DNA of 20,000 nt from Raillietiella orientalis (lineage: Eukaryota), in NCBI GenBank assembly GCA_036172245.1, contig JAYWIR010000002.1, positions 7,434,554 through 7,454,553 of the forward strand, given 5' to 3'. Positions within the stretch are counted from its first letter, which is position 1. Each line of letters opens with the position of its first letter. The notes below the pieces were generated by a model, which was not told the origin of the DNA, did no database searches, and saw only the letters and a program-made list of their open reading frames with translations. This document shows, one piece after another, positions 11,560 through 20,000 of this stretch. The position numbers and the translations under genes are program-made.

Positions 11560-12245
11560 CTCCCCTTAAAATGGCAGGAGTCGGCTCTCCTGTTGCAGCA
11601 CTGGGGACTCCCCTGCAACGCCCGCCGACACCACTGGACCTGGGGTGCGGTGAACCCCAACTGTGTTAGGTGTGGGGAACGGGAGTCCCTCCCCCACCTC
11701 CTTGTGGATTGTGTTGCCCTTCGGCCCCTTTGGTTCCGCTTTGCCGCGGCCATCGGAATTCCCTGCGGCAACCCCAGGGACACATTGAAAGCCCTCTTCG
11801 TTGCCGACGCCCTTCGGCCTGCGGCCTCGTTAGCAGCGCTGTGCTGCCTACGCGGGATCGTCGCCGCTTGAAGCAAGGCTACGGGAGGACCTCGCGATAA
11901 AGGTGCCATCCAGCACGCCGCCGAATTTTTGAGGAGGTCGTTGCGATGGCCCCACCTGGATCCAAGCACACAGAAAGAGCTTGCCGGCATCCTGCGAAGG
12001 ATGCAGCGGCCCCAGCAGCAACTGTGATCCCTTCCCGTACCCTCCCACTTTTTCTTTTCTTTTTGCTTAGTTTTTTTGTTTCCCCCCTTCCCCCTGCTGC
12101 CGTGGTGGACCGTACCGGTCTGCGAACCGGTGACTCGGCAGGCTCTGTGTTTCTTCGTGCGTGGCTGGCACAATGGTCCAGCCACTGCACGTCTTTGTTA
12201 AAGTTTGTTTTTATAATAAACGCCCCGGCGAAACCCGGGTGAAAA
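11560..12245 (+). mobile_element. L1/Tx1-like copy F: 686-bp 5'-truncated insertion flanked by a 24-bp TSD
   Basis: Reads LPLKWQESALLLQHWGLPCNARR..CVRCGERESLPHLLVDC, close to copy A. AATAAA 12215-12220, hairpin 12224-12239, then gaaaa. TSD tcgaa[t/c]gccttgtagagatcgacc at 11536-11559 and 12246-12269. Confidence 0.92.
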
Positions 12246-12790
12246 TCGAACGCCTTGTAGAGATCGACCGCGACCGCTAAGGCGCCCGGCGTTCCCTCGT
12301 GCCGCAAGCACCGTCGCTTGTCCTTGGCAGCGGCTCATCCGGCTGCCTGGCTCTGCTGCGCAACGCGTTGCTGCAATTCGAGCCATGTTCGTGCGAAGAA
12401 GAGATTCGCGTCCATGGACCGTCCGGGAACCGCATACGTGTGCTCCGGGCTTACCAAGGACTCGGCGATTCTCCCCAGCCGCGCGACCCACAGCTTTGAG
12501 AACAACTTGACGTCCGAATTCACCAAGGTGATCGGACGCCAGTTGTTGAGCTGGCTCAAGTCGCCGCCTTTCGGCAGAAGACGCACGTTTGCTGAGCAGA
12601 AGGAAGCGGGAACATCTCCCGTCTTCCGCATCAGCGCGGAAAGGCTCAGCACCAGGGGGACGAGCTCTGCCGCGAAGCACTGAAAGAACTTCGCGGGCAG
12701 GCCATCCTCCCCAGGAGCCTTACGCCTCTTCAGGCCCGTTATGGCGGAAGACACTTCTTCCACCGTGCAGGGCAAATCCAAATTCGTGCA
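12246..12790 (-). mobile_element. L1/Tx1-like copy C, 5' part (RT motifs 0-3), 5'-truncated
   Basis: Reads LDLPCTVEEVSSAITGLKRRKAPGEDGLPAKFFQ..LLPKGGDLSQLNNWRPITLVNSDVKLFSK..PGRSMDAN..AVDLYKAFD, typical L1/Tx1 RT. Confidence 0.92.
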
Positions 12791-13630
12791 GCGTTGTCGT
12801 GGAGCGCGTTCGCGGCTCCCCTCCTTCGCTCTCTACTTTCTGTTTGTACCGTCCCACCCCAGATTGGAAAGCGGACCAAGGACCCCCTTAGAAAAGCCCG
12901 CTGGGGAACAGGGAGTTCCCGAGTTCGATTCAAAGACTTGTGTGCTCCGCGTAAGGATGGTGGACTGGGTCTCCTTACGTTGGTCTCCTTAGGATGAAGC
13001 GTCAGCTCTGGCTAAGAAGACCCGCCCCCGCTGCGAAGTTGCGGATCACGCCTTGGTGCGCGCCTGCACCACTCCTCGCCAAGAGGGCAACGGCTGCGGA
13101 GCTGTGAAGGACTTCGGTCTTCGTGGCCAGCGAGACCAGTTTGAGGCAAGGTGGCCTGCAAACTGCGCGAGGTGGTTATCTTGGTACAGGACAACGGCAG
13201 GATATCCCGCCTACCCGTTAACTGCACTGCCTGGCTCCAGGAGTCGGTCACAGCATGGGGAAAGATCCACGGCTAAAGCGAAGCGGAATACGCCTGCCTG
13301 CCTCCGGAAAGGAAGGTACGCTCGGAGGGTAGAACGCGTGCGACCCACGCAAGCTGCTGCGGTCATCGTTCACCCCCCTTGCTCCAATGCAGCCCTCCTT
13401 ACGAGAAGCAAAGGACAGCGATATACCGGCGAGATGCGAAGTGCCCTGCCGCATCCAAGACAGCAAAAAACCTTTTAAGAGCGTGCACAACTCGGCAGCT
13501 AGCGGACGCTGCGACCCCGGGTGTACCGCCAAAAGGACTGCCACGCTGGGGCGAGCTGGTATCGCCATACCTCCGGAGGAGGCGAAGTGACCCCCAGGCT
13601 GGATTCGGACGGTGCGTTTTTACGCTCTTC
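12791..13630 (+). mobile_element. L1/Tx1-like copy D, right part (3' end missing)
   Basis: Reads WSAFAAPLLRSLLSVC..RVRFKDLCAPRKDGGLGLLTL..TPWCAPA..IPARCEVPCRI. Homology fades near 13630, so the end is approximate. Confidence 0.8.
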
Positions 13631-13813
13631 CCTCCCCCTACCCACCTTCCTCAGAGCGGAACTCGCCGGGCAGACTGCCTGCTATCAGGAACGCCTCCAG
13701 GATTCCTCGGACTACAGCGGGACGCAGGCCCTCCTTTGGACCGTCGAGCGAGGACGAGCGCGCCGGCCGGCGGCCGCACGGAGGCGAAATGAGCATCTTT
13801 GGAGCACGGGGAA

Positions 13814-13833
13814 CGCGCGCGCGCGCGCGCGCG
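13814..13833. repeat. (CG)10 microsatellite
   Basis: Perfect alternating CG over 20 nt, read directly. Confidence 0.95.
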
Positions 13834-14626
13834 ACCCAACTTCCAGGTTCGGAACCGGTTCGTACGCGAACCGGCCGCAAAGTGGCTGGCTCGCGGCAAA
13901 GGTCGCTTGCGTGAGACGCGTGCCGATCGCGATCCGCACTTGCGAGAGTTCCTTCGGAAGGAAACGCACCGCCAGTGCCTTGGCACATTCCGCTGGGTCG
14001 AAGAGGGAGCCAAAAAAGGGTCTTTGCAAAGGAAAGCGCACTTTGAATCGGTGCCCGCAAAGACGGTTCAAGTGCCGAGCTGCTTTCCGGATGTCCGAAA
14101 GCCCGGGGTTCTTACCATCTTCGAACGCTTTCCTCGAGCTTGTTCGGCTATCGCCAAAACCAGTAGTCGGCAAAAAAAAACACCCAATCTTGGAAACCAC
14201 ACTTTCCGAGTAACATATAGCAATTTATTTCGCACGCTTTTTGGTGTGAGGAAAAAGTGATGAAATTTTTTCTTCTTCTTTATAATCACGGAACGATGCT
14301 ATGAAACCAAATGCATGGGGGGTGGGGGTGGGGGTGGGTGAAAAACACAGACGATCACGATGTGCGCAGACAGCCGCTTCCCTGATATTCTCTCAGGTCC
14401 ACTTCCTCTTCCTTGGCAACGCGAGCGTCATTCGCGTGTGGCACTATGACTGCTCGCACGATGCCACCTTAGCACATCTTCTCTGCTTAGTGTCTCGCCT
14501 CAATGTTTTGGGTGCTGGTCTTCCGATGGACTACGCCTCTGAAGTGGCTACAAACCCCATTTCAATAGAGTACCGGATCTCTCAAAACGTTCGGGTAAAT
14601 GCATCCAGGAGGAGGCATTTCGCTGA

Positions 14627-17600
14627 TCAGGAAACCGCTGTTGTTCTGTGATTGGGGTTTTCCATCCACTGAAGGCTTGGAACGTAGGCTGTGTTACGAA
14701 AACCCATATCTGCTACGATCGGTTGTTTCGGATCAACCACTCTGGACTTCTTTTTCCCGGACAGTGAACTCTCCGACTCGCTGCTGCTTGTATCACTTTC
14801 GCTTTCCTTTTCCTTGGATCCGCGCTTCCTCTTTGCCGCCTTCTTCGTTACCGAGCTTCTCTTCTTCGTCTCTTTCGACTTCTTCGCCTTTCGCTCAGCC
14901 TTTTTCTTTTTGTGTCCACGTTTCACACCATCTTGACCCACGCCTTCGGCTTCCTCTTCTTTGTTGACCGTGGACTTCTCCTTCCTTCTCTTCTTGCTTT
15001 TTCGTCTCTTGTCATCTGGCTTCCTCTTGCGCTTTTTCCTATCTCCTGTTTTTCGCTTAGCTGCCACGCCATTCGGAGCCAGGTTCTCTTCATCCGACTC
15101 GTCAGAACTCTCTACATCCCCGGATCTTTGCTTTGCATTCTTCTTTTTCTTTCGGGATTTCTTTTTCTGTTTTTTATTCTTTCTTGACGTTTTTTTGTGT
15201 GCTCCCTCCGATTCCGAATCTAAACAAACATGAAACAAGAACAAGAGCACCCTTTTAGAGCAAACCTGGGCTGCCGGTGCTGCTGCTGCTGCTATTACTG
15301 CCACTGCTGCTACTACTGCTGCTGCTTTCCAGATTTTGAATCAACTCTTGAAGTTGCGGCTTCACGACAGCTGTTGGTTTGGTCTGCTGCTTCAAGTGCT
15401 CACGGAGCTCATCGCTGAATCGACGAAAACATCGCAGTTGGAAAAGCTGGTATTTGTTTACTTACGTCAGGCCACCAAGCCCAATGGAGGTGAAAAAATT
15501 GATGACGAAGCGCGTGTTTCGAGGATTATCCCGTGGCAACAACCCAACAAAGCACTCCTGCAGTGTCCTGGTGTCAACGTGAAACTCAGGAAAACAAATG
15601 AGTTCTACTCACGGATCCTGGCACCGCTCGTGGAGACGTGCTAGACCCATATCCTCTGCTAGTTCTTGGAACAGGATTTTGATAAAGATGCGACTGGATG
15701 AAGTGGTGTCATCCTCATTCAGCTTTACGTGAGTCAATACAGTCCACGGCAAGGCATCTGTGTACAACAAATGAGCAAAGAACTTGGCAGCATTCCTCAG
15801 CTTGTTGTTATCAAATCGATGGATAGTGTCATAAGCATCTTGGAAAACCACTTCGAATTGCTCCTGGTACACTTTATCCAAATCACAAAATCTCTGCAAC
15901 CGAAATGCAAAGTACTGAACAACTTTCCATTCTGCTTTCTCACCTGGGCAAGAAGTCCAAAGAACTTTTCATAAGTTCGCATCTGAGCACAGCAATCGAG
16001 AATCATATGACAGAGTTCTTTTTCTTGGCCAGGACGCATCTCCATCTTAAGAAGCTTATGAGCACATTCCTCAAAGTCCAGGCTGGATTGGATTGTCAGA
16101 TAAATGGTGCGCCGTAAAGACACCAATTCAGTCTCTGTGCTATCTAAGATGTCCTTGTTCTTTCCTAGAACCAAACTGTGCGATGATGTTTCAAAGTGGA
16201 CATGCACACTTGCCTTCCTCATTTTCTTCAGAACCTTCTTCCTCAGATCCACCTTCTCCCTCAGAACTCTCTTCAGAGCTGCCCTGATCCAGGATTTCCA
16301 TTCTCATGGCACGGTACCGCTCTTCATTTTCTTCAAAAGCGGGATCCAAAGTAAAGATATCTGCAAAAATCAACCATCGACGATGCAAGCACTGCACAAC
16401 TCCAACCAACTTAGAGTTTCCTGTCCATTAGTCACATCGTCCAGAGTTGTCAAATGAGTGAACTGATCTTCCTCATCAACAAGATCAAGTTCCTCTATGA
16501 TGGATGGATTGTCTTTGAAACCATCCTTCCTCACAGCGAAAATAACTTCGATCATGTACTGATACTGCATACAAAGATAACAAAAGAACAAGAATGCAGA
16601 GACGAAACACACGTACCCGTCGATCCAAATTTGCCTCATGCAAGATATTACGCAACCTCTCAAATATGGCATGAACTCCCTTTGGAGATACCTCCATTAA
16701 CTTCATGCCACATTCCTTCAGGAAACCCACTGCAATCTCCACAGAATCCTCAGTAGCATTTTCCAGAAGCAACGTGAGAATTTCCAAAGCCAACACCTCA
16801 TGTGCCTGGTGCAAGAGTCACTCCACATCTACACACTGCCCACCACTCCCTTCCACTTACTACTTGCTGATTTATCAAATGAGCTAAAAATCGAGTGGCT
16901 GACAAACAATTTGCTTTGTTGTTCAATCTATAGCCCCGTTTAAACTGAATGATGAGTCGATGGAGCAGCAGCTCCCCAATCTGTGGGAACTTTGTGTTTA
17001 TAATGGCCACCAGTGAAGCATACACATGTGTAAATGTGGGAGAAGCAGCTTGAGCTTGCATAATTGCTCTGCATAAAAGACCACGACCACGAATCAGATT
17101 CTCTTGGAAAAGTTCTTCCTTTACTATGATGGTGATGTTTGATACATTCACTTTATTGATAAGTCCATTCAGTGACTTTTTCAGAGCTTCCCACGCCAAT
17201 CTTTGATATGCTGGACTGGAATAAAGCAACAACACATCACCAACTGCACTCTGCAACTGACCCCAAAATCAAAATAAAGGAAAACTGCACGACTTCTACA
17301 AGGTACAAATCGTGTCCAGTACATTCAAAGCAACCAACCTGGATTTATCTGTTATTTCTTTCTGCATCATTTTCAGCTTTGCTGGTGGAATGTATGCCCC
17401 TCCAGTTTTTAAAGTCAGAAAGTCATCCTTTGGCTTATTTGCATCGACATTTCTTACTGCACCATGGGTCTCTTCTACTTTGCCATCCTTGTTTGCATCA
17501 GGATCTTTATCAGTATGGTGCTTAGCATCAGACTTTCCCATTTTTTCCATTTCAACATGTGCTTGTGCATCACAACTTTTTTCAGCACCCTCAATCACCT

Positions 17601-18285
17601 TGCTTTCATTTTCCTTCACGTGTGCCTGATTGCTATCTGATTTGCAAATTTCCTTTGCATCATGGCGTCTTTCAGAATAGGAGTCTCTATCAGCATCACG
17701 ACGTCTCTCTGCATTGCGGTCTCTGTCTGCATCATGGCGTCTCTCTGGGTTGTGGTCTCTATCAGCATTACGTAGCCTCCCTGAGTTGTAGCCTCTATCT
17801 GTATCACGGTGACGTCTCTCTGAATTGTGGCTTCTATCTACATCACGGTGATGATGATGTCTCTCTGAGTTGTGGCTCCTATCCACATCACGATAATGGC
17901 GTTGTCTTTCTGAGTTGTGGCTTCGATCTGCTTCACGATGTCTCTCAGGGTTATGGTCCCTATCCAAATTACGACGCCTTTCAGGATTGTGGCCTCTATC
18001 TGAGTGGCGACGTCTCTCTGGATTGTGTCCTCTATCTGAATCACGATGCCTTTCAGAATTGTGACTTCTCTCTGACTTGTGGTGTCTCTCAGAACCATGA
18101 TGCCTTGTTACATTGTGATGTCTATCCAAGTCACATCTTTCAGCATTTGGTTCCTGATCGGAACTTTTTTTCCCAGTTAGATTTTCTCCTGCACTGGAAT
18201 CCTTTCCGGATACAGATGTCCTTGCCGAATCATGACACTTATTCTTATCAACAGTTTCGGCCAAATCCTTTGATGGAGAACACAT
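14627..18285 (-). CDS. CWC22: pre-mRNA splicing factor CWC22 (nucampholin / let-858 homolog; MIF4G + MA3 domains), 10 coding exons
   Basis: Conserved blocks [119 protein letters not shown]. In-frame exons: 18285-17339, 17215-16861, 16805-16617, 16564-16411, 16360-16214, 16164-15944, 15893-15613, 15567-15466, 15414-15266, 15219-14627. The start codon and the final exon end are less certain. Confidence 0.96.
17656..18126 (-). repeat. coding tandem repeat of about 12 units of ~36 nt (DRxHNxERRxxx) in CWC22 exon 1
   Basis: Units include [63 protein letters not shown]; frame is preserved throughout. Confidence 0.9.
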
Positions 18286-18859
18286 AGCTGATACCCAGAA
18301 CCAGTGGGACTTGCTTAACAATTTGTTCACACCGTATCTGTCCTACTATCCTGGTAAGAAACATGAACCCTTAACAATACATCTACACCAAGCAAACACT
18401 GCACAAAGGTCATGCCATGTTTTTCTATGGATGAAGAACATCGTAGAAGCAGAGAAAAAACTTGCAGACTCTGCTGCTGCCAAATCCAATGAACTCTGTT
18501 GCTAGAAATTGCTCTGTTGAGGATCAGAAAAAAACTACTCAGGACAAAGGTCAAAACTTTTAAACAAATTCCAACGTATCTAAATTCTGAGCACATAATA
18601 ACTGTGTAAGAAAAAAAAAAAAAAAAATGAGCGCTCGCATCCGGCTTCTTCCTGTCGCTCAGCTACTTCAAGGGCGACCCGTTTGAGCTGTGGTTTGCAA
18701 GAAAATGCTCTTCATCTACTGACAACTCTCCTTGAGCTTTGCTCACTGAGAAGACAACTCTGAGGCAAATGTGTGGTAGCGGAAGGGACTTCATGGGCTT
18801 GGAAAGGAGTAATTCAGCATTGAGCGTGAACGGCAAAAGTCTCTGCGTGCTAACCGAAG

Positions 18860-20000
18860 GACCAGCTGAATTTCCCAAATTGCGAGCCGGAAAAGGATCA
18901 GTTTCGTGAGCAGATTCTGTCACCGTTCCAACCAGTTTAGTTTTGGTAAGGCTACGGTACCGATTGATGAAAATGGGCCTCTGAAAAAATAGGTATCCAC
19001 GAAACACATGCAATTCCTCTCGTAGACACTCCCGAGCAAAGCGTGTCCTACGGGCTGGAGCCGCCAAAACTGTATTCCAGAAGACTGCATACTGACACGG
19101 CCAACAAGTGTGAGGTTGAGAAACTCTACAGGATGAATGGACGGAGGACCATTAGGGTTAATAATGGATCACCAGGAGATCAGATGCCAAATTGATCCCA
19201 ACTTAGTCGAGAAGCATCTCCACGAACAGCTGAAACTCTTGGAAGAAACGGGACAAGACTTGTGCAAAAGTATCTTCTCGGGGAAGAACACGTGTATAAC
19301 TCCCCTGAAAACCACTTTCTTTTCTTCAGAGGGGGTTGCCATGCTGCTAAGAAACGCAAAAAATTCCATCATAGATTAACATCATAGGCCGCAACTGGCA
19401 CAGTGAATCCTTCTAGGTTCTTAAGGCATGGACTTGATAGTTTTATCGGATATTATTACACATTCGTGTCTGACTGGTTGTGGGGCACTCAAGCATGTGT
19501 AATACATTCGTGTTGCATTTTTTTTGTTATTATACATATTTTTTTTAGTAGGTCGTTGAGTCAAAGACGTTTGCAATCACTTATGCGTCCTTGGACGAAA
19601 GCTCATTAATCAGAAGTTCATTCTCGAACAAGCCTCCGTGATAAGTTTTCAGATTCAGTAGTTGAACGAGAGTGACGCACTGAAATTCCTTGGCCATCTT
19701 GCAATTTCTCCGTCCGTTCCTGAATGGACCGTTGAAGTTGCTGCCTGTTGTTGAATTCCGTGATGGCGAGAGAACAGGGCAGCACAAGTACCACGCAGGA
19801 GGCTGAAATTCACGAGTCCGCCTCAGCTTTAGCAAGTTTTGAAGAAAAAGCCATTCAAAATATGAATCAGGAGTAAGAGCGATTTTCAGCAAGACAAAAG
19901 GACATAATCCTTCCGAGCAAGCTATGGAAGCGCAGCTTCCGAACGAGGAAGCTTCCCTTCTACGCATCTTACACGCCAAAGGAGCCCACAGCATGCAGTA
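18860..20000 (+). mobile_element. ancient, heavily decayed Utopia/NeSL-like retrotransposon relic
   Basis: Across frameshifts reads EVEKLYRMNGRRTIR / LIMDHQEIRCQIDPNLVEKHL...FSSEGVAMLLRNAKNS / RLT..VNPSRFL, later FQIQ*LNESDALKFLG, KSDFQQDK, QLPNEEASL. The motif order parallels the pre-RT and thumb regions of the 7020-11321 element; the RT core appears deleted. Confidence 0.5.

Noticed and set aside
11271..12185. 304-aa minus ORF containing RT motifs
   Set aside because: A chimera of antisense copy F, the middle piece of copy C and the antisense Utopia tail; not a gene.
17656..18126. Repeat array as CRISPR-like
   Set aside because: In-frame degenerate coding repeat with no unique spacers, in a eukaryotic gene.
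17559..18287. 242-aa plus-strand repetitive ORF
   Set aside because: Antisense shadow of the CWC22 36-nt coding repeat.

Overview
Eukaryotic (invertebrate animal) nuclear DNA in four parts. (1) 1-1113: a decayed mitochondrial insertion (NUMT) with nad4L(-)?, nad6(+) and cob(+), read in the invertebrate mitochondrial code. (2) ~1114-13630: a pile-up of decayed non-LTR retrotransposons. It holds at least five diverged copies of one GC-rich L1/Tx1-like family (A, B, C, D, F) plus a ~4.3 kb Utopia/NeSL-like element with a restriction-like endonuclease. The nesting can be reconstructed: C sits in D (10-bp TSD); F (24-bp TSD) and the Utopia-like element both sit in C. The four L1/Tx1-like 3' ends share a multi-hairpin RNA structure: a CUGCGW-loop hairpin with co-varying stems, and AAUAAA followed by a CCCGG/CCGGG terminal hairpin, with no long poly(A). 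(3) 14627-18285 (-): an apparently intact 10-exon CWC22 (nucampholin/let-858) splicing-factor gene with mostly 45-55 nt introns, one probable GC-AG intron and an N-terminal 12-aa repeat. (4) ~18860-20000: a probable second, much older Utopia/NeSL-like relic. The host is not determined. The mt gene order fits arthropods or enoplean nematodes, and the tiny introns plus Utopia elements would suit a Trichinella/Trichuris-like nematode (inference).
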